A stretch of 64,000 nt of DNA, taken from the IMG/VR virus record IMGVR_UViG_2974670102_000001, positions 128,001 through 192,000 of that record; one strand, given 5' to 3'. Positions 27,834 to 37,557 of this stretch are shown here, one piece after another. This DNA comes from a virus. Lineage: Duplodnaviria; Caudoviricetes. The notes beneath the pieces are model-generated. The model had not been told where the DNA came from, did not search any database, and worked only from the letters and a program-made list of their open reading frames with translations. The position numbers were made by a program, and so were the translations under genes. Position 1 is the first letter of the stretch, and every line of letters starts with the position of its first letter.

Positions 27834-29717
27834 ATGCCACAATTCAGTAGTGATTACGAAAGGCGCAAGTGGCAGTCGTTGCAGAATTCAGCGGGCGCGT
27901 CGCTCACGCATATCGTTCAGGGCCGTGCGTCCATGGCCGACGTGCAAAAGGTGACGACCGCGCTGAATGGTCTCAACAAGCTGGCGGCCGACGTGTTCTC
28001 ACGTGCCGTTAGCGCTGCCGAAGTTCAGGCCAAGAAGTTCGAGGCTCAGTACGAGCAGGTCCGAATGGATCAAGCTATCGACACGCTGACCTCGTTCGAA
28101 ATGGCGCTGAACGAAGCGCTTAAACCGCTGGTGCCTGAGTTGATGTCGAATATTCAAGAGGCTCTTGCTCTTGAGTTGTACGAAGCAACCGACGCACTGC
28201 AAAACAATCTGGGTCGAAAGTTCGATCATCTGCGCGAACTGATGCCCCCGAAGGACTTGCCAACCGTCAACGACGTGCTGGCGGCCAATGAACTGCTGGT
28301 CGAAGAGATCGGCCGTGTTGACGATGATAAGTGGGGACGACGCGAGCCCGTTCTTATAGACAAGATTGCCGACGTATTCCGTGGAACACTGCGTGATCTG
28401 GCTGACCAGATCAATCGTGAGCGCGCGGCCCAGCGTCAGGCTCAGGGTGGTTCGCGTCACCTCAGTCTGGAAGGGCCGAAGGGCCATGCCACGGTCGAAG
28501 TGCCGATGGTCGAGGAATCACCTATCATGTCGCGGGTCTCGGGGCTTCTGGGCGCACCTTCTGGTGCCACAGCAGCTTCGGGGCCTGTTGGCGCATCTGG
28601 TTCCCACCAAACTGCGTCGACTTCCATAGCGAGCGGTGCACTCGCCGCAGCCAATGGCCAGCGCACCAGCATCACGCTAAGCCACTCTGCCGAGAACGCA
28701 ATCGAGAACGCTGCCAATCACCAGACGGAGTTGTACAAGCGATTGTTCGACTTCCTAAGTGGTCGCAAGGGCTCGCAGGGTTCTGGTGATCACGATGGTG
28801 TGCAAGGTGCACTGGACGAGGAAGAAAAGGCTGACATCTGGTGGCGCTCATTCCGGAACTGGATGGGTCGTGACCTAGGTAAATCGCGCAAGAAGAGTGA
28901 GAAAGACGACGGTCCGTTCAAATGGCTCAAATGGCTGAAGGGACTGGGCCCCGTACTGCTATCTATGGTCACGAACCCAGAACTCTATCGGGCTATGGGA
29001 GAGTTGATCGAGAAGTACGTGACGTGGGATAACGTCAAGACCGCATTCAGCGCTGCGTGGGACTTTGTGGCCAAGGAAGCATCAGACACCATCGACTGGG
29101 TTATGGACAAGCTGCACCTGAAGGAAGTGGGTGAGTGGCTTGCCAAGCAAGGCAAGGGGATGGCTGAGAAGGTCGGGAAGTTCTTCGGCATCAATGAGAA
29201 CACCGGCAAGATCGGTAACGACATGAGCGGGGGCGGCGGTGAGAACCCCGACTTCGACAAGTCGCGAACGGGCGATCCGTACAAGAACGGCGGCCCTCCG
29301 GGTGCCGCAGCCGGTGTCTCTATGCCGGTGCCAGTTGGTAAGGACGGCCAACCGCTTCCGAATGCGCGCTCCGAGAAGGGCGACACGTACGTAAGCAAGT
29401 TGATGCAGAGCATAGGCTTGAACGCGGGTGATTCGTCGACCTATCAACAGGCGCTGATCAACAATCGCTCGACGCTGGTCACGCCTGCGGGCCTAACGGG
29501 CATGCGTGGAACGTACTCGGTCCCACAAAACCCTGCGATGATGAAGCCCGGCGTCTCGATTGATCCCAATGCAGTGGGCGTCATAGCCGAGTCCTCGGAG
29601 TTCACGCTCCCGGGTGCTGCAAAGGGCACAACGCAGGTTGGCATTGACACGTTCGGCTTCCAAGCAGCCTCGTCCGATTCGCTGCTGATGATGAACACGC
29701 ACTTCTTCACATCATGA
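27834..29717 (+). CDS. tape-measure/hub (gp29-like) protein
   Basis: Long helical protein with Trp-rich amphipathic segments; position in the operon. Confidence 0.5.
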   Translation: MPQFSSDYERRKWQSLQNSAGASLTHIVQGRASMADVQKVTTALNGLNKLAADVFSRAVSAAEVQAKKFEAQYEQVRMDQAIDTLTSFEMALNEALKPLVPELMSNIQEALALELYEATDALQNNLGRKFDHLRELMPPKDLPTVNDVLAANELLVEEIGRVDDDKWGRREPVLIDKIADVFRGTLRDLADQINRERAAQRQAQGGSRHLSLEGPKGHATVEVPMVEESPIMSRVSGLLGAPSGATAASGPVGASGSHQTASTSIASGALAAANGQRTSITLSHSAENAIENAANHQTELYKRLFDFLSGRKGSQGSGDHDGVQGALDEEEKADIWWRSFRNWMGRDLGKSRKKSEKDDGPFKWLKWLKGLGPVLLSMVTNPELYRAMGELIEKYVTWDNVKTAFSAAWDFVAKEASDTIDWVMDKLHLKEVGEWLAKQGKGMAEKVGKFFGINENTGKIGNDMSGGGGENPDFDKSRTGDPYKNGGPPGAAAGVSMPVPVGKDGQPLPNARSEKGDTYVSKLMQSIGLNAGDSSTYQQALINNRSTLVTPAGLTGMRGTYSVPQNPAMMKPGVSIDPNAVGVIAESSEFTLPGAAKGTTQVGIDTFGFQAASSDSLLMMNTHFFTS

Positions 29718-31192
29718 ACCTGACCGACGCCCTAGCGTGGACGGGGCCTAGCCCCTCCACCGTTAATTCGCATGACGCGGAACCGCTTAGCACTCGTCTG
29801 GACTACCTATCCGAGTCGATGGACCTTGAAACGTTCATAGACCACACGATGTATCCCAATGAGCAGCGCGTATCCGAAATGGAGTGGACGCTTTCTGGTC
29901 TAGCGAACTGGGGGGCGTCCGGACACAACAGCAGTGGTGATGGGGTTGAGCATCTGATCTCGTGGCCGCTGTTCAATTACCTGAAGCAGTCAGGACACCT
30001 TGATAATGGCGAGAGTCGTGATGGCTTCATGGCCAACGTCAGGTTGCGTCTCGACAAGATTCTCAAGCGCTTTGTGAAGAAGAGGCTCAAGAAGTGGTTC
30101 TGGCGATTCCTGCGCAAGGTCTTGAAGAAGGCCGTGCGTATTCTGTGGAACGCAGCACGCTGGATCATCGAGAACACATTCCGCGCGATTATCCGGCTAC
30201 TCGTACGCCCACTCATCGTTGGCGTGCTTGAGTTGATCGGCCTGAACCCGGAACTATGGCCATTCATTGCAGTGGCTGGCGGTATAGCGGTAGGCGGCTG
30301 GTGGGCTTGGAACAAGTTCTTCGGAGACAAGGCCCATGACACCACAGGCACTATCGTTGACACCGCAATGACCGTCGTCGGGCCGTCAGGCGCAGAGGCC
30401 CCTATAGGCGCAGGTGCTCCGATGGCGGCAAACGCGCCCGGAACCCGCTATGCTCCGGCCACCGAATTGAGCGGCCTGATCGCACGTGGTGAAGGTGACT
30501 ACAACGTGGTCAACTACGGCACGCGCGTCAAGGACAAGAAAAAGCGCAAGAGGGCAGGCACCGAAGACCTTGAGAACATGACCGTCAACGAGGTCATGCA
30601 GCATCAGCAGGCCGGTGACTTCAACGCTGCTGGTCGCTACCAGATCATCACGGACACAATGCCTGAGATTGTCCGTGGAATGGGCCTTACTGGTAATGAG
30701 AAGTTCGACAGGACTACTCAGGACCGCATGTTCAACTACCTGATCACGGTGAAGCGCCGACCCATTGGTGACTACATCAGTGGTCGCTCAAATGATTTGA
30801 ACGCCGCTATCTACGCAGCGTCCATGGAGTGGGCTTCGGTGGCAGCACCCGCTGGTATGCCGCTGTTCAAGAAGAAAAAGACCGACGTTACGCGTTATGG
30901 CGACGGAGAAACTTCGTACTACTCAGGAGTTCAGGGTAATCGGGCTTCGATACCTGCGATTGAAATGGGTGAAATGCTGGAGCGCGAGCGTATACGCGCG
31001 GCTGGCGGCCAGACCCAGACGCAGCAGTCGACGGTTCAAACACGTGACGGTACGACCATGGCGCAGGCGGATGCAGTGAAGGCCCGGCAGCGACAGGCAC
31101 AGCCACGTGGTGCACCACCGCCACAGCAGCAACAAAAAGACAAGGAAATCATACTCGGAAAGAACGGTGAACTAATCAACGTAACTTCGTAG
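29714..31192 (+). CDS. tail-associated lysozyme-fold peptidoglycan hydrolase with membrane segment
   Basis: LIARGEGDYN, MTVNEV, AAGRYQII, FDRTTQD and EWASV motifs; upstream cationic helix and TM segment. Confidence 0.75.
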   Translation: MNLTDALAWTGPSPSTVNSHDAEPLSTRLDYLSESMDLETFIDHTMYPNEQRVSEMEWTLSGLANWGASGHNSSGDGVEHLISWPLFNYLKQSGHLDNGESRDGFMANVRLRLDKILKRFVKKRLKKWFWRFLRKVLKKAVRILWNAARWIIENTFRAIIRLLVRPLIVGVLELIGLNPELWPFIAVAGGIAVGGWWAWNKFFGDKAHDTTGTIVDTAMTVVGPSGAEAPIGAGAPMAANAPGTRYAPATELSGLIARGEGDYNVVNYGTRVKDKKKRKRAGTEDLENMTVNEVMQHQQAGDFNAAGRYQIITDTMPEIVRGMGLTGNEKFDRTTQDRMFNYLITVKRRPIGDYISGRSNDLNAAIYAASMEWASVAAPAGMPLFKKKKTDVTRYGDGETSYYSGVQGNRASIPAIEMGEMLERERIRAAGGQTQTQQSTVQTRDGTTMAQADAVKARQRQAQPRGAPPPQQQQKDKEIILGKNGELINVTS

Positions 31193-31200
31193 GATTCATT

Positions 31201-32142
31201 ATGGCATCCTCTCCATACACAGTACTCATTCAGCGCTCCATGTCAGCGGACCCGATTTCGGTTCAGGCTCCGATGCCAGAAACGTTCTCGATGGACGCGG
31301 GTGCCTCATACGAGCAGCCGTTGCCGCAGGGCTTCACGAGCAGCGGCACAATTAACGCAGCGTTTGCCGCATTCGGTGTTCGTCTGGCGGTTCAGGCCAT
31401 GAGCGCCCAGCTATGGTCTGGCAACACAGAAACGAACCTGAGTCTCGAACTCCAGTTCCATACGGAGACCGATCCAGTTCAGGACGTGCGCACACCAATC
31501 GTGAACCTGCTGAAGCTGACAATGCCTAGCACCAGCAGCACCACCGGCCTGCTGGAAAGTCCGGGGCCCTCTATCGACTTCTCGAATCAGGCTGCTGCAA
31601 TAGGTAGCGACGCATTCTCGGCATTTGGAACTTCCATAGGCTCGGTTCTGGGGTCTGTCGGCACTACGGTACGCAACGCGTTCAACCGTGGGGGCCCGAC
31701 GCCGCAACCCGGATCGATAACAGAAACCAGCAAACAGTCCAACGACAGTTCGAACGGAACGGTTCCACAGGCAGTGATCCAAAACCCAAGCCTCGGGACC
31801 GCAGCCTACTGGAACACGAAGCTCAAGAACAAGATTTCGATCAAGCTCGGGAACTACATGTTCTTCGAGTCCGTGGTGATCACACGAGTGTCTATCACGG
31901 CGGCTTCGAATTTCGATGCGCAAACTGGACTACCTCATCACTGTCGCGTGCTCGTTGAGTTCAAGCCTCTGTTCATGCTCACACAGCAAGACCTCGACAC
32001 ACTGTTCGTTAATCCGGGCGGTGGTTCGGGTGGGACTCCGGGTAACAACTCGTACGGCTTCTCGTTGCCCATGGAATCTATCAACGGCGTGGCCAAGAAC
32101 GTGTTCAATAGCGTTCAGTCGACACTCGGTAACCTATTCTAG
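31201..32142 (+). CDS. baseplate tube-cap protein (gp48-like)
   Basis: QLWSG...LSLELQF, IKLGNYMFF..VVITRV..., GLP...V.VEF tube-fold pattern. Confidence 0.55.
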   Translation: MASSPYTVLIQRSMSADPISVQAPMPETFSMDAGASYEQPLPQGFTSSGTINAAFAAFGVRLAVQAMSAQLWSGNTETNLSLELQFHTETDPVQDVRTPIVNLLKLTMPSTSSTTGLLESPGPSIDFSNQAAAIGSDAFSAFGTSIGSVLGSVGTTVRNAFNRGGPTPQPGSITETSKQSNDSSNGTVPQAVIQNPSLGTAAYWNTKLKNKISIKLGNYMFFESVVITRVSITAASNFDAQTGLPHHCRVLVEFKPLFMLTQQDLDTLFVNPGGGSGGTPGNNSYGFSLPMESINGVAKNVFNSVQSTLGNLF

Positions 32143-32150
32143 GAGTTAGC

Positions 32151-32501
32151 ATGGACGGATACTCTGGCGACATGAATTGGTCGCGATACACGCCGGTCGA
32201 TAGCACGACCACGAACTATGACTTGTTTCGATCGGCATTCCGAAATGTTCGGTTCAACGTGGAATCCCAAACGCGCTACCAGATCACGAGTCTAGACATG
32301 GCTAACCTGCCGGGACTCGCGTACAAGTTCTTCGGGGACACCAGCCTGTGGCGCGCGCTCATGGCCTATAACGGCATCACAGACCCGCTTTCTGGGGTTT
32401 GCGTAGGACTCACGATCAAGGTTCCTACTAAGGCCGCACTTCAGAACTATGTGACTGGTCAGGTCAAGAGCCAACAGCAGCGCCAGTCGATCATTATCTA
32501 A
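32151..32501 (+). CDS. baseplate wedge LysM-like protein (gp53-like)
   Basis: LAYKFFGDTSLWRALMAYNGITDPL...GLTIKVP. Confidence 0.8.
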   Translation: MDGYSGDMNWSRYTPVDSTTTNYDLFRSAFRNVRFNVESQTRYQITSLDMANLPGLAYKFFGDTSLWRALMAYNGITDPLSGVCVGLTIKVPTKAALQNYVTGQVKSQQQRQSIII

Positions 32502-32510
32502 GGAATTCAG

Positions 32511-33632
32511 ATGGGTTTCGCAGTCAACGACCGGCTGGAGGTCAGTCTGTTCATCAACGATCAGGAGTTCCCTCTTGATTCATTGAACGTGCTTCACTTC
32601 CTGCACATAGCGTGGGGGACGCGTGGTCTAGTCCCTACCATCCACCTGTCCGTGTTTGATGCGCAGCACACGCTGGATGCCGTTCCGCTTCAGGACGGCA
32701 TACCTATTCGAGTGGCGATCCGCGCGTATCAGGGCCAGACGCAGACCTACAACTTCCGGAAATACGACCACAAAAAGACGAACACCGGCAACGGCTTCAC
32801 GTATAGGCTGGACGGCTATCTGGACGTTCCAAAGTACTGGCTAGGGACATCCGTTGTTGGGATACGTGGCACTTCTAACGAAGTGCTGAATCAGATAGCA
32901 ACCTCGTGTGGCATGAAGTATGAAGGCGTGTCCACGGCCGACAGTCAGTTGTGGCTACCGCGTAACCGTACGTACGCAGAATTTGCACGCCACGTAGCCG
33001 ATGCTGGCTACGCCACTGACTCATCGTACATGGAAATGGCGGTCACGAGCTACGGAGCAATACGCTATCTGGATGTGAATGCACTACCACAGACCACCAC
33101 GAAGGTTACGCTCGGCCAGTTTGTGCAGGGGTCACTTACCGCTGCTGATTACAAGCCTCATGCCCGATCCGGTATGAACAACAAGATGACGGGTTACCAG
33201 AACACAAAGTACTCCCAATCGTTGTCCGGTGACGTGCTGAATAGTGCGACCTCGACCCTTGTGTTCAATCCGGATTCGAGTGCTCCGCTCTTCAACGCGA
33301 AGGTGCGCGAGGACGCGGCGCGCGGCTACCAGACGTTTGGTGGTATCGACGTTGGGAACACACACGCTAACTACGACAAGGCCCTGTACCAGAACCTCCG
33401 GTACTCGAACCTGTTCTCGCTCGACGTGGAGTTCCTGATGGCGTCACCTACCACATTCGAGCCCATGGACACGTTCTCGTTCATCGTGGATCAGGAAACG
33501 AATTTGGTCGACCGCGCATACGCCGGGACCTATACGGTGGTGGCACGCGCCATCTTCATCACGGGTGCTACGTACGCCGAAAAGATTCTGGGCACGCGCA
33601 GCGGCATGGACACGACATACACGAGTGGTTGA
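32511..33632 (+). CDS. baseplate hub protein (gp27-like)
   Basis: Size and position between the gp53-like gene and the spike gene. Confidence 0.6.
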   Translation: MGFAVNDRLEVSLFINDQEFPLDSLNVLHFLHIAWGTRGLVPTIHLSVFDAQHTLDAVPLQDGIPIRVAIRAYQGQTQTYNFRKYDHKKTNTGNGFTYRLDGYLDVPKYWLGTSVVGIRGTSNEVLNQIATSCGMKYEGVSTADSQLWLPRNRTYAEFARHVADAGYATDSSYMEMAVTSYGAIRYLDVNALPQTTTKVTLGQFVQGSLTAADYKPHARSGMNNKMTGYQNTKYSQSLSGDVLNSATSTLVFNPDSSAPLFNAKVREDAARGYQTFGGIDVGNTHANYDKALYQNLRYSNLFSLDVEFLMASPTTFEPMDTFSFIVDQETNLVDRAYAGTYTVVARAIFITGATYAEKILGTRSGMDTTYTSG

Positions 33633-33634
33633 TC

Positions 33635-34435
33635 ATGGGATTCAAAACACAGAATGCAAGCGTTAGGCAGACCGAAGATTATGGCAGCAGCTATTACGTC
33701 GGCGTCGTAACCGCAAACAACGATCCACTTGGCCTCAGCCGAGTGCAGGCCAACGTGCCGGGCCTCATGGATACTGCGGCCGGTGAGGTTCCTTGGATCG
33801 GGAGCCTGCGAGACAGTCCGTTTGGCTACGGAACAGGACCCAAGGGCCCTTATGGCTGGTACGGGAGCCCGCAGGTAGGCTCCAAGATCAAGGCAGAGGC
33901 GCAGGGTGGGGACATCCTGCGATGCCTCTACACGAGCCTTCTGACGAAGCCGGATATGCACCCGTGGTTCACGAACCCGCAGCGCTGGGGTTATGTCGAT
34001 CCGTCTGGCAACAGCCTACAAGTCGACATGGCGGCCGGTACGTGGGTGTGGACGCATGTTTCGGGTGACCAGATATCCTACGATGGCAGTGGCAATCGTG
34101 TGAACGTGATCAAGGCCAACGAGACAACGAATGTGCAGGGCAGCGAGACCCACAACATTCAGGGCAGTCTCCAGTTCAACGTGAGTGGCAATGCGACGGT
34201 CCAGTGTTCGTCGTTCAATCTCCAGTGCAGTGGCAACGCTTCGTACTCGGCGGTCACACACCAATTCAACGGGCCCGTGACGATGAGCAGCACTCTTGCC
34301 ACAGGCGGTGACATAACGGATCAGACAGCAAGCGGCAACAGCACGACAGTGGGTCAGTTCCGCACGGCTTACCGCAATCACTACCACCACGTGCCGGACA
34401 ACCCAGACACCAGTACTCCGATCCCGCAGTTCTAA
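33635..34435 (+). CDS. baseplate central spike (gp5/gpV-like)
   Basis: GVVTANNDPLGLSRVQ OB-fold, PQVGS, beta-helix repeats, C-terminal HYHH metal-binding tip. Confidence 0.85.
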   Translation: MGFKTQNASVRQTEDYGSSYYVGVVTANNDPLGLSRVQANVPGLMDTAAGEVPWIGSLRDSPFGYGTGPKGPYGWYGSPQVGSKIKAEAQGGDILRCLYTSLLTKPDMHPWFTNPQRWGYVDPSGNSLQVDMAAGTWVWTHVSGDQISYDGSGNRVNVIKANETTNVQGSETHNIQGSLQFNVSGNATVQCSSFNLQCSGNASYSAVTHQFNGPVTMSSTLATGGDITDQTASGNSTTVGQFRTAYRNHYHHVPDNPDTSTPIPQF

Positions 34436-34442
34436 ATTTAAT
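34433..34442 (+). promoter_or_regulatory. class B motif variant TAAATTTAAT
   Basis: At the spike/gp25 boundary. Confidence 0.45.
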
Positions 34443-34456
34443 AGAAAGGAGTGCTT

Positions 34457-34885
34457 ATGAGTACACCAACAGCATACCAACTTAGCACCGTCGACGCGGT
34501 GTGGGTAGATGCGAGTTCGAAGTTCACGATGGACGGCAACCCGGACCTGCTGCCGGATGTGCTGGCTGTAAATAACTCGCTCTACAACCTGTTCTCATGT
34601 CAGATCGGGGCGCGGGCCCGTATCTTCCAACCGGAGTACGGAGCCGCGTTGCTGACGTTCCTTCAGGAACCACTGGATCAGGGAACAGCAGACAAAATTC
34701 AGGTGGCTTTCATTCAGGCAATCGCTCGATGGGAGCCGCGCATCAAACTCGACTTCAGCAACACGTGGGTCCGTCCGGACTACACGCTGCCCGGCTACCA
34801 GATTCGAATAGCGTACGCGCTGAACCTGAACCTGAGCACGCAGGGCGTTGCTGGTTTCACGATCAAGACTTCATCCACCCAGTAA
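34457..34885 (+). CDS. baseplate wedge protein (gp25/GpW-like)
   Basis: GARARIFQPEYG...LQEP...AIARWEPRI. Confidence 0.85.
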   Translation: MSTPTAYQLSTVDAVWVDASSKFTMDGNPDLLPDVLAVNNSLYNLFSCQIGARARIFQPEYGAALLTFLQEPLDQGTADKIQVAFIQAIARWEPRIKLDFSNTWVRPDYTLPGYQIRIAYALNLNLSTQGVAGFTIKTSSTQ

Positions 34886-34894
34886 GGTTCAACG

Positions 34895-36724
34895 ATGGCC
34901 ACCTCAACTCGTCCCAACACACTAGAACTGTCGGACATGACTGCTGACGTTGATCAGTTCGTTCAGCAGTTTCAAGCGTTTCTGCAAGGCCGTCCAACGT
35001 GGGTTGGCAACCTGACGACCGCTACCTCGGAAACCCTGATTGAACTCGCGGCCTCGGTGGGCGCGTTCGCTCAAGGTCGTATCATTCGTGCTGCTGAGGA
35101 TTGCTTTGCGGAGACCGCACAGTCGGACTCATCGATCCTCAGCATCACTCAGATGCAGGGCTTGCGCATATCGCGCTATCTGCCTGCTGGTCTCCCGACG
35201 CAACTCTCGTCCCCGGTTCCGCTGACCGTGCCCCCGCTCACGCAGTTTCAGTGTGCGGGGCAATTCTTTTTCAACCGAGAGCAGATAACATTCACTGACA
35301 CGAACCCGGTGAACGTCACGCTGTTCGAGGGGCAGGTCTACGCCTACGTCATGAATGGTAAGGGTTCCGAACGACAGACGTTTGTCGGAGCCCAAGACGC
35401 GTTCGCAGTGTCTGACCGGGACGTTCAGGTGACGCTCAACGGCATGATCTTGCCCAAAGCGTACGGTGGCCTGTGGAACTTCGACGGGTTGCCCGGCTAT
35501 TCGGACCAGACGATGAGCGACGGTCGACTGCTCATCCAGTTCGGTAACTACGGCGGCCTGAATGGCTTCTTCGGCACGATCCCGGGCATCAACGATCAGA
35601 TTATCGTCAGCTACCCCATCACTCAGGGTATTTCGGGCAATAGCTTCACGACCATCAACAAGCAGGTGACGGTCGCTGGGTTCCCAGAAATCGGGGGCGT
35701 CGCAACCGCAAACCCGACGGGCGGCTCGAACGCGAATCCTATCGTGTCCTACAAGAACGTGGCGTCTGGAGGCTTCGGCACCTATCAGTCTGGTGTAACG
35801 AAATCGCAGTACCAGTCGATCATTGCTACGTATCCGGGCATCGTCGACGTGATGACGCAGGCCCAGCGTGAGATCGATCCTTCGGACCTCAAGTGGATGA
35901 ACGTGGTGCGTGTTGCGGCTCTCACATCGAGCCCGTGGACGCAGGCGCAAATTCAGGACTTCTTGAAGTACTGCCAATCGGTGACCATGTACAGCACGTA
36001 CTTCCATTGGCAGGATGCTATCCCGATTGACCGCGATGTCGAGGTCGATGTTTACATCTTCAACTCGGCAACTATCGAGGCAGTGCGAGAAGCTGTGGTG
36101 TCCGAGATAAATGGCCTGTTCGCACCGCGTCCCGGTATCTTGACCACCAACTTCTACGTCTCGGATTTGGAACGCGCGATCTTCCGCGCGGGTAAAGGTG
36201 CGGTGTCCTACATTATCCCTCGTAGTCCTACCGGTTCCATGATCGTCGGTGCGCCGCCGTCTCCGGTTGCCACGTACACAATCAATCCGAATCAGGCACA
36301 GGGCCTTCCGCAGCTTGTGTACGCGTATGGTATCTCGACGGACATGCAGAACGGTGACGTGGGCTATCCGAGTTCGTGGGTGTACCCGCAGGTTACGCAG
36401 GCAGATGGCACGTCGACGATAACGCTGACGTGGCCCGAAGTTTACGGGGCAAGTAAATACCATGTTTGGGGACGCGATTCGGCGCAAGGTTTCGGTCTGC
36501 TCGCCACGATCAATGCGGGCGATCCGCTGACGTTCACGGATAACGGGACCATCACGCCTGTGGGTCCACTTCCGCCTTCGGGCAACTGGCCGATTCGCTA
36601 CAACCGGCTGCGTCCGGTTGACCCGAATGACCCTACGAAGGGCACAACACTCAAAGTGAATGTGTTCTACGCAGAGCGTCAGCAGCGCTTCGACACGAAT
36701 CCGACCCGCATGCAACTTGGGTGA
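34895..36724 (+). CDS. baseplate wedge protein (gp6/baseplate J-like)
   Basis: TLIEL...TAQSDSSI, IQFG, TGGSN, GVTKSQY..I...YPGI. Confidence 0.8.
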   Translation: MATSTRPNTLELSDMTADVDQFVQQFQAFLQGRPTWVGNLTTATSETLIELAASVGAFAQGRIIRAAEDCFAETAQSDSSILSITQMQGLRISRYLPAGLPTQLSSPVPLTVPPLTQFQCAGQFFFNREQITFTDTNPVNVTLFEGQVYAYVMNGKGSERQTFVGAQDAFAVSDRDVQVTLNGMILPKAYGGLWNFDGLPGYSDQTMSDGRLLIQFGNYGGLNGFFGTIPGINDQIIVSYPITQGISGNSFTTINKQVTVAGFPEIGGVATANPTGGSNANPIVSYKNVASGGFGTYQSGVTKSQYQSIIATYPGIVDVMTQAQREIDPSDLKWMNVVRVAALTSSPWTQAQIQDFLKYCQSVTMYSTYFHWQDAIPIDRDVEVDVYIFNSATIEAVREAVVSEINGLFAPRPGILTTNFYVSDLERAIFRAGKGAVSYIIPRSPTGSMIVGAPPSPVATYTINPNQAQGLPQLVYAYGISTDMQNGDVGYPSSWVYPQVTQADGTSTITLTWPEVYGASKYHVWGRDSAQGFGLLATINAGDPLTFTDNGTITPVGPLPPSGNWPIRYNRLRPVDPNDPTKGTTLKVNVFYAERQQRFDTNPTRMQLG

Positions 36725-36726
36725 TC

Positions 36727-37545
36727 ATGACTTACTTCAATTACCAACTCGATTGGCCAAGCACGGATTACAGGGAGAGTCTGCGTCTGGGTTACCGGAC
36801 ACCGCGCTCGATTCTGCTGCCTCCGTACTTGGCAATCAATCCGTACTACGTAGATTACGTGAACGCGATTGACAACGTGTTTGATGAGCAGGTGGACCTG
36901 AAGACTGAGACGCTTCTGAACCTTCGCAACATGTGGGTAACAAACCCGACCATGGAGCAGGAAATCGTGGATCAGGTCCCGGGCGCAGACCCAAACAATC
37001 CCGGAGGCCACATCGTTGAATTCGATGACTGGTCGCAGCCGGAGCGCGATCTTCTCGTCAAACAGGTGAACGCTCTTGGCATGAAGCTTGCGAATGCTGG
37101 CATCATCAGCAACAACTCGTATCAAGCAATCGCCCGCTGGGTCGGTATGTACTGGTACGGAAAGGGCACGCGAGCATTCATCGACTTCATCAACTACAGC
37201 CTGTCCTCGTTCCTAGATGTGAAGCCACTCTGGACGCAGGACTACGTGCACTTCTATAAACCGGACGATCCAGCCATCGGCGCGAAAATCTGGGAAGGCG
37301 GCACGTGGTATCCGACGACGCATGTGCAGATCATCGCGAAGGGCGGCCTTGGCGACCTAGATATCAACACGCTGGTGGCGTTCTTCTACGAGATCGCGAA
37401 CTACAACCTCGTGCTCTACTCGGTCGACGAAGAGTTCGACATGCCGATCACAGACGATCCGACGTTGGCGCGTACGGACGCGCAGATCGTGGCTCTCGGG
37501 CTCTGGGAGCACCAGACCATTTTCATTCAACCCAATACGAACTAA
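36727..37545 (+). CDS. baseplate wedge protein (gp7/gpI-like)
   Basis: LLPPYL and YWYGKGT motifs; follows the J-like gene. Confidence 0.65.
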   Translation: MTYFNYQLDWPSTDYRESLRLGYRTPRSILLPPYLAINPYYVDYVNAIDNVFDEQVDLKTETLLNLRNMWVTNPTMEQEIVDQVPGADPNNPGGHIVEFDDWSQPERDLLVKQVNALGMKLANAGIISNNSYQAIARWVGMYWYGKGTRAFIDFINYSLSSFLDVKPLWTQDYVHFYKPDDPAIGAKIWEGGTWYPTTHVQIIAKGGLGDLDINTLVAFFYEIANYNLVLYSVDEEFDMPITDDPTLARTDAQIVALGLWEHQTIFIQPNTN

Positions 37546-37557
37546 GGACTACGCATC

